This document shows, piece by piece, positions 1 through 7,889 of a stretch of DNA of 64,000 nucleotides. The translations under genes were made by a program, and so were the position numbers. The stretch lies in NCBI GenBank assembly GCA_964355675.1, contig CAYHEC010000014.1, positions 1,110-65,109 on the forward strand, in the 5' to 3' direction. Numbering within the stretch: the stretch's first letter is position 1; every line of letters begins with the position of its first letter. The notes below the pieces were generated by a model. That model searched no databases and was not told the DNA's origin. It saw nothing but the letters and a program-made list of their open reading frames with translations. The DNA comes from an uncultured Caldithrix sp. (GTDB lineage Bacteria; Electryoneota; AABM5-125-24; Hatepunaeales; Hatepunaeaceae).

Positions 1-2
1 CT

Positions 3-2660
3 ATGCTCGATCAGTATGCGGCAATCAAAAGCAAGTTTGCCGACGCCATACTGTTTTACCGTATGGGAGATTTTTACGAGATGTTTTACGATGATGCGAA
101 AGCCGCCTCGGAGATTCTCGGTCTTCGTTTGACCTCCCGCGCACACGGCAAAGGCTCGAATGTTCCCCTTGCTGGATTCCCTTATCACCAACTCGATTCC
201 TACCTGAACAAGATGGTCGAAGCAGGTCGTCGCGTCGTTATTGTCGAGCAGGTCGAAGATCCTAAGAAAGCCAAAGGTCTGGTAAAACGAGACGTCGTCA
301 AGATTGTCACAGCCGGGACAAATCCCGCCATGATCGATAGCGACAATCCCAGATCAAGCCGGATTATCGGCTTAATTAAACATGATAGCCGCTGGGGACT
401 TGCCTGGGCAGACATAGGTTCAGGAGAATTTGCCGCCGGTGAATTCGACCATGCCGGCTTAAGAGAAGTTCTCGGACGCATCGATCCGATTGAGATTGTT
501 GTCCCTGCCGGTTCCCCGGAAATAGGGCCAACTCCTGCTGGAGGAAGCCTGCCCCAGGTGATTAGCAAGCAGGAAGATTGGATATGGGAGACCGCATTTG
601 CAAATCGAACATTGCTCGATCATTTCGGAACGGTCGGCTTAAAGGGCTTCGGTATCGATGGGTTGCCTCTGGCGGTTTCTGCGGCGGGGGGCCTGCTATA
701 TTATCTCAAACAAAACCTCAAGAGCCACCCAGCTCACATTACCCGCTTGGCGCTGGAAGAAGCAGGCGGCAAATTGCAGATGGAAAAGGCGATCCGGAAA
801 AATCTTGAGCTTGTCGATTCGCTTTCCGGTAATCATCGCGCCACTCTCTTTTCCTACTGCGACCGAAATGTAACCCAATCCGGAAGACGGCTTCTTCATA
901 ATAGATTGATTGAGCCACTGGCGAACAAAAATCTGATCGATGAACGGCTCGATGCCGTAGCAGAGCTTGTACAGAAGAAAAACCTTCGTGATAAAGTTCG
1001 AGTCCAACTTCGCGAGGCGGGAGATCTGAGTCGCGGATTGGCACGATTGGCCACCGGTCGTGGATCAGCGCGAGATTTGGTTGCTCTACGGGAAACACTG
1101 GCTCTCTTGCCCAAGATTCAAGCAACGTGTGGCTCATCAGACTCACCACTCACCCAATGCTGGGTGAGCCGAATTGCTCTCCTGCCAGAATTGGCTGAAA
1201 AACTTAAAGTGGCGTTGTTGGATGATCCTCCGCTTGCCACCAATGAGGGTGGAATGATTCGAGCCGGGTACGATGCTCAAGTTGACGATTTGCGCGATAT
1301 CCGGTCGGGAGGACAATCATGGCTCGAGCAGTACGAGCGAACCCAACGAGCCGAGACCGGCATTTCCAACCTCAAGATCGCCTACAACCGGGTCTTTAAC
1401 TACTACATCGAGATCACCAAAAGCCACCTCGATAAGGCTCCAGCCACTTACATTCGCCGCCAGACGCTTGTTAATGCTGAGCGTTACACCACCCCTGAAC
1501 TTCAGGCTTACGAAGAAAAACTCATTTCTTCTGAAGAACTTGTCACAGCCCGCGAGTCTGAAATTTTCGCTGAATTGGCGAGTGAAACCCTTACTCATTC
1601 AAAATTAATTCAAGAAACCGCTCAAGCACTGGCCGAGATCGACTTCCTTTCCGGCTTGGCTCAACTTGCCGCTGAAGAGAATCTCCATCGACCAGAACTT
1701 GTGGAAGGGGACACTCTAATTCTTAAAGGCTCTCGCCACCCGGTCGTCGAAAAACTGTTGCCACCCGGGGAGTTGTTCGTTCCCAACGACCTGAACGTCG
1801 GCGGCGATTCTGCTCGCATTCTGATCATCACCGGTCCCAATATGGCAGGCAAGTCAACCTATCTCCGTCAAGTCGCCCTGACTGTAGTGATGGCGCAAGC
1901 CGGATCGTTTGTCCCAGCCGACAAGGCAGTGATCGGCGTCGTCGATAAACTATTCACTCGCATCGGCGCGATGGATAACCTTGCCGGAGGGGAGTCAACC
2001 TTCCTTGTCGAGATGCAAGAGACTGCCTCGATCCTGAACAACGCCACCCGCCGGTCACTGGTGCTATTCGATGAAGTCGGCCGAGGCACTTCGACCTTCG
2101 ACGGACTCAGCCTTGCCTGGGCGATTGTCGAATATCTGCACGAGACCGACCGGCTCAAACCCCGCACTCTTTTCGCCACCCACTTCCACGAAATGGTCGA
2201 TCTGGAGAACATCCTTGCCGGGGTGAAGAACTTCAACGTCGCGGTCCGGGAGGTGGGGGATAAGATAGTCTTCTTGAGGAAGATTGTCCCGGGAGGCTCT
2301 GACCACAGCTTTGGAATTCACGTTGCCCAGATGGCGGGCATTCCCGCTGAGGTGACCAGCCGGGCACGCGAAATTCTTGCCAACCTTGAAGCCAACGACT
2401 TAAATCCAGTTGCCGCCGATCCCGTAGGACGGGCGTCCCTGCCCGTCGATTCAGGAGGATGGGCGTCCCTGTCCGTCGAGGAGGATTCTCCTCGCTCTCG
2501 CCGTCGCTCACCGCAGAAGCACATCGCGCAGTTGTCGTTCTTCGATCCGATTGAGCGCAGGCTTCGTGACCGGCTGGAGGGCGTCGATCCCGACAAGCTG
2601 ACCCCGCTCGAGGCGCTGAAGCTGGTAGTAGAACTGAAGAAATTAGATGGGGGCGCGTAG
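3..2660 (+). CDS. mutS: DNA mismatch repair protein MutS (N-terminus cut by window edge)
   Basis: 885-aa ORF entering from the window edge. Mismatch-binding motif GDFYEMF, Walker A GPNMAGKST, MutS signature STFLVEMQE/DEVGRGTSTFDG. Two in-frame hairpin-repeat copies lie at 2424-2477 in the C-terminal linker. Confidence 0.97.
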   Translation: MLDQYAAIKSKFADAILFYRMGDFYEMFYDDAKAASEILGLRLTSRAHGKGSNVPLAGFPYHQLDSYLNKMVEAGRRVVIVEQVEDPKKAKGLVKRDVVKIVTAGTNPAMIDSDNPRSSRIIGLIKHDSRWGLAWADIGSGEFAAGEFDHAGLREVLGRIDPIEIVVPAGSPEIGPTPAGGSLPQVISKQEDWIWETAFANRTLLDHFGTVGLKGFGIDGLPLAVSAAGGLLYYLKQNLKSHPAHITRLALEEAGGKLQMEKAIRKNLELVDSLSGNHRATLFSYCDRNVTQSGRRLLHNRLIEPLANKNLIDERLDAVAELVQKKNLRDKVRVQLREAGDLSRGLARLATGRGSARDLVALRETLALLPKIQATCGSSDSPLTQCWVSRIALLPELAEKLKVALLDDPPLATNEGGMIRAGYDAQVDDLRDIRSGGQSWLEQYERTQRAETGISNLKIAYNRVFNYYIEITKSHLDKAPATYIRRQTLVNAERYTTPELQAYEEKLISSEELVTARESEIFAELASETLTHSKLIQETAQALAEIDFLSGLAQLAAEENLHRPELVEGDTLILKGSRHPVVEKLLPPGELFVPNDLNVGGDSARILIITGPNMAGKSTYLRQVALTVVMAQAGSFVPADKAVIGVVDKLFTRIGAMDNLAGGESTFLVEMQETASILNNATRRSLVLFDEVGRGTSTFDGLSLAWAIVEYLHETDRLKPRTLFATHFHEMVDLENILAGVKNFNVAVREVGDKIVFLRKIVPGGSDHSFGIHVAQMAGIPAEVTSRAREILANLEANDLNPVAADPVGRASLPVDSGGWASLSVEEDSPRSRRRSPQKHIAQLSFFDPIERRLRDRLEGVDPDKLTPLEALKLVVELKKLDGGA

Positions 2661-2754
2661 GGCGGATTTCCAAATCCGCCACTCCCCCCGCTTGCGGGGG
2701 GAATAAAAGGGGGGTGTCTTCTTCTTCTTCCGTACAACAGGCGTCCCTGCCTGT
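2657..2754. repeat. Three REP-like GC-rich hairpins directly after the mutS stop
   Basis: GTAG-GGCGGATTT-cc-AAATCCGCC (2657-2680; the mutS TAG stop is inside the GTAG head), CCCCCCGCTTGCGGGGGG (2684-2701) and GTAC-AACAGGCGTCCCTGCCTGT (2732-2754). Each type recurs elsewhere in the window. Confidence 0.8.
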
Positions 2755-2846
2755 CACTTGCCCACTTACCCACTTGTCCACTTACCCACTTGCCCACTTG
2801 TCCACTTACCCACTTGCCCACTTGCCCACTTGCCTACTTGCCCACC
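2755..2846. repeat. Tandem octamer array, 11 units of CACTTRYC
   Basis: Perfectly phased 8-bp units run from 2755 to 2842 (cacttgcc/cacttacc/cacttgtc variants) plus a partial unit. The array ends about 25 nt upstream of a sigma70-like -35 box. Confidence 0.9.
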
Positions 2847-2871
2847 TTCGTAATAATTACCCAACAAATCC

Positions 2872-2900
2872 TTGACTTCTTCAAAATAACGTCGTATATT
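2872..2900 (+). promoter_or_regulatory. Sigma70-like promoter candidate (TTGACT-N17-TATATT)
   Basis: TTGACT at 2872-2877, a 17-nt spacer, TATATT at 2895-2900. It lies 52 nt upstream of the 2952 start codon. Confidence 0.45.
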
Positions 2901-2951
2901 ATGTACATTACTTTTAATCACAAAACCAACTTCACATGAAAAAGCTCTCTT

Positions 2952-4202
2952 ATGGAACTATCTGATAATTTTAATATTGACGACGTCTCTAACCTCGAAA
3001 TCTACGCCTCGCATCTCCTCCGTGCCGGGAGACCTTATGTCGAATATGTACAATCATCGCCCGAATCCGGCTGGCTTTGCAATGACAATGGCAAGCTGAG
3101 ACTTTGCCGCACCCTTTCCATCGCCGGTCGGCAGATCCAGCCGAGACACGGACTCTCCCGCTTGATCGCTTCCGGAGTCATCTCTTCCCCCGCGACAGCC
3201 GATGACAGCCACTCCCTTGACGACCTTTTCGAAGCCGTTCGCGACTGGCTCGCCACCCTTGTCGCCTTTGAGTGCGATTATCACTACACCGCCGCCGCGG
3301 CTTATGTCGTCATTACTTGGTTCGACTTTCTTTACGATGCATTGCCCTACCTTCGCTTTTTGGGCGATTTCGGTTCCGGCAAAACCACCGCTCTCCGCGC
3401 CATGAGTCAACTCTGCTATCGTGCTTTCGCCATATCCGGAGTCGTCAACCCGGCGCCGCTTTTCCGCATAATCCAGGGTGCGAAAGGCACTCTCGCTATC
3501 GACGAAGCCGACCTGAGGACCGGTGAAGTTGCCCGCCTCCTCACAAAAATCCTCAACCACGGCTACACGCGAGGCATTTCGGTTATCCGCCTCTCGTCCC
3601 GTCGCGAAACGGAGGTTTTCGATCCGTTCGGTCCCAAGCTGATCGCCGCGCGCCGTGAGTTTTCCGACGAGGCTCTGGAGAGCCGTTTTCTAACCGTAAG
3701 AATGAAGTCTCGCAAAGACTCGCTTGTGCCATTGTCGGATTCTGACACGATGAAGCGCGCCGCTTTGATTCGCAACGGCTTACTTTTCTGGAGGATGAAT
3801 TATTCTTGTGTTAAGACCGGGCTGAGCCTTTTTCGTCATGGATCGGCGGTTGTGAGGGATGGTTATGAGCCAAGGCTTGCGCAGATTGCGAAGCCGCTTT
3901 TCGACTGTACGCCGGCGTCGCGTCAGAGGGAGTTGGATCAGTTCTTTGAGGTGTTGAATGTGCGGATGGTCGAGATGCGTGCGGGCGGTCTTGAGGCGTA
4001 TCTCAAGGGGATTATAAGACGGGCAAACGAGATTGGAACTTACACACTGCACTTCAACCAGATTTACATGAGCCTAAGTCCCAATTTGCGGCGTCTATAT
4101 TCGAAGCGTCATGTATCTCGAGTGCTGGAGATTCTCGGCTGCGAGCGCCGCCACGGCCGCGACGGCACTTACGTCACCTGGAGTAGCGATGCTCTTGCGT
4201 AG
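2952..4202 (+). CDS. P-loop NTPase, DUF3631-like (primase/integrative-element associated family)
   Basis: 416-aa ORF. Walker A GDFGSGKTT, Walker B-like GTLAIDEAD, then ILNHGYTRG. The order and spacing recall DUF3631 proteins (recognised from memory, not searched). The TAG stop lies inside the GTAG head of the first downstream repeat. Confidence 0.5.
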   Translation: MELSDNFNIDDVSNLEIYASHLLRAGRPYVEYVQSSPESGWLCNDNGKLRLCRTLSIAGRQIQPRHGLSRLIASGVISSPATADDSHSLDDLFEAVRDWLATLVAFECDYHYTAAAAYVVITWFDFLYDALPYLRFLGDFGSGKTTALRAMSQLCYRAFAISGVVNPAPLFRIIQGAKGTLAIDEADLRTGEVARLLTKILNHGYTRGISVIRLSSRRETEVFDPFGPKLIAARREFSDEALESRFLTVRMKSRKDSLVPLSDSDTMKRAALIRNGLLFWRMNYSCVKTGLSLFRHGSAVVRDGYEPRLAQIAKPLFDCTPASRQRELDQFFEVLNVRMVEMRAGGLEAYLKGIIRRANEIGTYTLHFNQIYMSLSPNLRRLYSKRHVSRVLEILGCERRHGRDGTYVTWSSDALA

Positions 4203-4765
4203 GGGCCGGTTTACCGAGCCCAACTCTCGCGCAGGGCCGGTTTACCGAGCCCAACTCTCGCGTAGGGGCCGGTTTACCGAGCCCAACAAATCCCCCTCCG
4301 TAGGTCGGGCCGCCGAGCCCGACAACCGGTACGACAGACTTTAGTCTGTCACCTTATTCTTTTTGGATTGGGCGATAGCGAGCATCATTCTGTTTGGATC
4401 GGGCGATGGCGAGCATCGCCCGTACGGGCGAACCTTGTGTTCGCCCTCTCTATTTACGCGGCAATCCCCGTACAACAGGCGTCCCCGCCTGTCTCCTCAT
4501 CATCCCGGCGCACACCGGTAAGGCCGACAGTTGTCGGCCTCCCAATTTCTAAAAGGCAGGGCGGATAGTTATCCGCCTCGGCGCTAAAGGCGCGCCATCT
4601 CCCCCCGCTTGCGGGGTGCGACTCCATTGAATGGAGTCGCGAAAAGGATGCACTTGAAATGGTTTCGTTCAAAGGGGGGTGTCATAAGCTGTCAACCCTC
4701 TGGGGTTGACATCGGCCGGAGGCTCCGCCGTCACCGCCCTGTCGGTGACGGTACTGCGGGGCTCC
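4197..4765. repeat. About 570-bp ORF-free stack of roughly 17 consecutive GC-rich hairpins of different sequence
   Basis: Three copies of GTAGGGGCCGGTTTACCGAGCCCAAC (4199-4287). GTAG-GTCGGGC..GCCCGAC (4300-4323). GTAC-GACAGAC-ttta-GTCTGTC (4329-4351). GGGCGATG..CATCGCCC-GTAC-GGGCGAAC..GTTCGCCC (4401-4447). GTAC-AACAGGCGTCCCCGCCTGT (4469-4492). GGCCGACAgtTGTCGGCC (4522-4539). GCGGATAgtTATCCGC (4561-4576). CCCCGCTTGCGGGG (4603-4616). GCGACTCCATtgaATGGAGTCGC (4618-4640). GTCAACCCtctgGGGTTGAC (4691-4710). CCGTCACCG..CGGTGACGG (4728-4751). Confidence 0.85.
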
Positions 4766-4860
4766 GTACCCGTTAGATTCATCCTGAACGCAGTGAAGGA
4801 TCTCTATTTCATAGTCATTCTGGCAAAATTGATACTACGATCCTGTGAAATCATTCTTTT

Positions 4861-5118
4861 TCAGCGAACAAATTTTGAAAAGCGACTATCGATAGACAAG
4901 GGCGTGGAATGCTCGATATCAGGGTCACCAACAGCCTCCTCAATGGCAGTTCGCATTACAATGCTCTGTGCCGCACCCAACCCTGCTTGTAGTCCCTTCT
5001 TAACAGCATGGAGTTCGTCCGCCGTAAGCGTCCTGCCAATTCTCTCCAACGCCTCAGCTTGTGCGTCCATGACTTGGACGAGATAGAGGGACGATTTCGG
5101 TGAGAATTCATTGCTCAT
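4861..5118 (-). CDS. Hypothetical 85-aa protein, third gene of the R-M operon strand
   Basis: ORF begins 20 nt downstream of the nuclease stop on the same strand, with AAGG 11 nt upstream of the ATG. Helical-looking sequence with no recognisable motif. Confidence 0.4.
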   Translation of the reverse strand: MSNEFSPKSSLYLVQVMDAQAEALERIGRTLTADELHAVKKGLQAGLGAAQSIVMRTAIEEAVGDPDIEHSTPLSIDSRFSKFVR

Positions 5119-5137
5119 AATTCATGTACCTTATAGT

Positions 5138-6193
5138 TCAGATGAATCTCAACTGGAAGTTGTTCGAATGAGCTTCTTCAATCAGTTTATTATATAGTTG
5201 TCGTTGACTCGCAGATAGATTTATCACGTTAAAACCGAGAGCAGTTGACAGTTTAAGTACCGGAATTACTGCATATTCTCTATGACCGATGAACACGCAG
5301 TGAAGATTTGTAAAAAGCACCATTTTAATAATGCCGTCCTTAATGTCATCCTCTGACGGCATGGCTCCATGCTTTGTGTGTTTTGCTTCAATAAGCCTAA
5401 CGTCAGAACCTGTGATTTCACATTCATCTAATGTCAGGCTATATTCACCTCCGAGATAGTTGATCACTGTGATCGATGCCTTTTGACCTTCCACAGATTC
5501 TTTGGGTTGAAGAGTCACTATTTCACGCTGTTGTGCGCTACGAGCAAGAAATCTGGATCTTGCAAGAAAAGTCTCACGGCTCATATAAATCTCTTCAAGT
5601 TTACGCACGGCGGATTTTCTGTTGTGCATTGAGATTCCTAAACTGGCCCCAATTCTATCGTAGAATTGAAGAGATTTTTGGCATACCGATTCCAAGCGAT
5701 TTGGATCGGTCTGCTCAATATTCCAATGCAGTGCATCAGACTGGCAATCCATTAGATTGGATAGTTGTTGACGGATATATTCCATATTGAATTGCTGATG
5801 AGATATTTTCCCTTGATATCGAGTGCTTGCGATTGCGTTGTCATAGTATGCAATGATAACGTTCACGCCGAGCAAACTCATCAAGCAAATTGTATCCCAT
5901 TGGAGGAAATCCCGATCACCTTCTCCACCTTCGTCTTTCATAACGGGGATTATTGTGACCTTCTTCCCTGTAAAACCGTAAGTGTTGTATACGCGAGCAT
6001 ACGGATAAGAGCGGGTTCTTTTCGGTGATACCCACCTACTTACCGCAATTTTCCCTTTTACTCCAAAATCGAGAAGAAACGATGCATCTCGCGATTCGAA
6101 GGCCTGCACCATTGACTCAATGAGATAGGTGTGTAGATCGTTACACATCAAAGGACGATATATAACACTCTTAATTTTGCCCGTAACTTCCAT
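5138..6193 (-). CDS. Putative type II restriction endonuclease (PD-(D/E)xK)
   Basis: The start is placed at the internal ATG 6193 (MEVTGK...), which has GGAGG 9 nt upstream and overlaps the methyltransferase 3' end by 23 nt. C-terminal motif LDECEI...VRLIEAKH fits D-Xn-E-x-K. AT-rich like its partner. Confidence 0.6.
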   Translation of the reverse strand: MEVTGKIKSVIYRPLMCNDLHTYLIESMVQAFESRDASFLLDFGVKGKIAVSRWVSPKRTRSYPYARVYNTYGFTGKKVTIIPVMKDEGGEGDRDFLQWDTICLMSLLGVNVIIAYYDNAIASTRYQGKISHQQFNMEYIRQQLSNLMDCQSDALHWNIEQTDPNRLESVCQKSLQFYDRIGASLGISMHNRKSAVRKLEEIYMSRETFLARSRFLARSAQQREIVTLQPKESVEGQKASITVINYLGGEYSLTLDECEITGSDVRLIEAKHTKHGAMPSEDDIKDGIIKMVLFTNLHCVFIGHREYAVIPVLKLSTALGFNVINLSASQRQLYNKLIEEAHSNNFQLRFI

Positions 6194-7082
6194 GTCGGAT
6201 ATCCTCCAGTAAAGATTTAAACTGTTCTTTCGACAACCTCCTATCCAAATCACGAGACAGGTCTCGCGTTCTCACGTCAACGGCGAAAAAATCGCTGTTA
6301 CTCATTAGATCAGGCAAACCGACTTTCTTTCGAATTATTTCTTGAAGTTCCGATTTTATTTCAAATCCGACACTATTACGTCCGAGCAAACGTGCTACTT
6401 TCATCGTAGTTCCGCTTCCTGCAAATGGATCTAGAACTATTTCTCCAGTATATGAGTAGAGCTTTATTAGGCGATAGGGCAACTCTTCCGGAAATGCTGC
6501 TACGTTTTTCTCTAGAACAGCTCCAGGAAGCACGTTTGTCATTTCCCAGAGAGTCATGTACCATTTTTTCTGTTGGAATTCTGCTTTATCTATCATAGAT
6601 GATATGCGGACATCCTGCGGAATAGACTTGTATTCGAATTTTCCCTTTTGAAAAATAATTATACTCTCCAGCAGATTATCTGGATAAAAGTACATCGGAT
6701 AGGGATTTTGGAGAATAACTCCACTTCTGCGACTAATCCGAAGATAACCGTCTGGCTTCTTCCATATAAGCCTATCCCTGTAACGAAAGCCTGCTCGCTG
6801 AAAAATTTTCGTTGCATCAGCAGTGATTGGGAATTTCTCTCCTTTTACTAACATATCATCGATATTAAGAGCTACGATCCGTCCGGGCTGTAACACCCGA
6901 TAGACCTCTTGCGCTACATTGTACAAGACTTCTAAATAATGGTCATACGTATCATACAGTCCCTCGTAATCGAAAGGAGCATTGAAGTACGGCGGAGATG
7001 TGACCATCAAATGCACGCTCTCGTTTTCAAGCTCTTGCATTGACTGACAATCACCGATAATCAATTTATGTGATGTTCCCAA
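6171..7082 (-). CDS. Beta-class N4/N6 DNA methyltransferase (SPPY type, possibly m4C)
   Basis: 303 aa. Motif IV TSPPY is near the N-terminus and motif I DPFAGSGTT near the C-terminus (beta-class order). TTG start with AGGAAA upstream. Confidence 0.85.
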   Translation of the reverse strand: MGTSHKLIIGDCQSMQELENESVHLMVTSPPYFNAPFDYEGLYDTYDHYLEVLYNVAQEVYRVLQPGRIVALNIDDMLVKGEKFPITADATKIFQRAGFRYRDRLIWKKPDGYLRISRRSGVILQNPYPMYFYPDNLLESIIIFQKGKFEYKSIPQDVRISSMIDKAEFQQKKWYMTLWEMTNVLPGAVLEKNVAAFPEELPYRLIKLYSYTGEIVLDPFAGSGTTMKVARLLGRNSVGFEIKSELQEIIRKKVGLPDLMSNSDFFAVDVRTRDLSRDLDRRLSKEQFKSLLEDIRHGSYGQN

Positions 7083-7787
7083 TTCTATTCTATTTCCTTA
7101 AATTTGAATTTAATGATACCTTTTCTTCCGGTGAGGCTTTCTTATTAGCCTCAAGCCACCCAGCCGCTGGTTTTCCCATTAAAGGTCAGATCGTTCCCCA
7201 ACACGACGATATTCTTCGCAGTGTCAGCGACAATCTCTATATGGCTCGTGTCAAGGTTGAACTTTCGCGCCGCCAACCGATTGGCTTCAAGCATTGATTA
7301 CTGAATTCTCCGATTGTTTAATCTCCCCGCCCCAATTTATTGTATAAATGTCGCGAGGATACGTCTATCTTATTTTTTTTCGCTTTAGCGGGAAAGTTAT
7401 GGGTTCACGTCGTTTTCAACCTGTTAGTGTGAAAATGCCTATTGCGAACGTCAGCACTTCTACCTCTACCGCCCGACCGCCTCGCCTCGCCTTCGGCGAA
7501 ACGCCCGTTCTACCGACAATACCAATCTATTCCAAAATCTGCCCCAAGTCAATAGCAAACAGAAGCGGCGTCAGACAAGGACATCTGACGCCACTTAAAT
7601 TATTCAGTAGGGCAGGTCGGGACGCCCTGCCCTACTGAGATTGCTTGCTACACTCGCAGTGATCGATCTCATAAAATTACCAGTCCGATCACGAATCGAT
7701 CACAGAGTTTCTCATTGTAGCGCAACAAAATACGCCGCTCTGTGACTCAGTGATCGATTTTTGACCCCTCACTACTCTAAGTTCACC

Positions 7788-7813
7788 GCCCGGTCTTATC
7801 CGGGCTTTTTCTT
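7788..7813 (+). terminator. Rho-independent terminator with no upstream ORF
   Basis: GCCCGG-tcttat-CCGGGC followed by TTTTTCTTT. It lies 77 nt upstream of the valS start and downstream of an ORF-free structured region. Confidence 0.6.
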
Positions 7814-7889
7814 TGCTACCAAGCCCTGATTTCAGTATATTAACAGGTTAAGTCATTCCAAAATCCAAATTCCAAAATCCAAAACTATA

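Noticed and set aside
2233-2821. Minus-strand ORFs 2233-2781 and 2318-2821 (for example MGKWVSGQVGKWVSGQVGKW...).
   Set aside because: They are read through the octamer microsatellite and hairpins and run antisense to the mutS 3' end. The periodic peptide is a repeat artefact.
4706-5086. 126-aa plus-strand ORF overlapping the 85-aa minus-strand gene.
   Set aside because: It begins inside the hairpin stack, is Ser/Ala/Cys-rich without an RBS, and is antisense to a more plausible ORF that is positioned as the third gene of the R-M operon.
7348-7638. 96-aa plus-strand ORF in the R-M/valS gap.
   Set aside because: It has no RBS and an odd composition, and it is built across REP-like hairpins (for example GCGTCAGAcaaggacaTCTGACGC and GTAGGGCAGG..CCTGCCCTAC). 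It is most likely non-coding.
7640-7889. Possible T-box riboswitch upstream of valS.
   Set aside because: No T-box consensus (AGGGTGGNACCGCG-like) or specifier-loop architecture is visible. The region is kept only as a generic structured leader or sRNA candidate.
2661-7889. Calling the mutS-valS island an intact integrative element or prophage.
   Set aside because: The interval has no integrase or recombinase, no flanking tRNA and no terminal direct repeats. Only a remnant or a defence islet can be supported.
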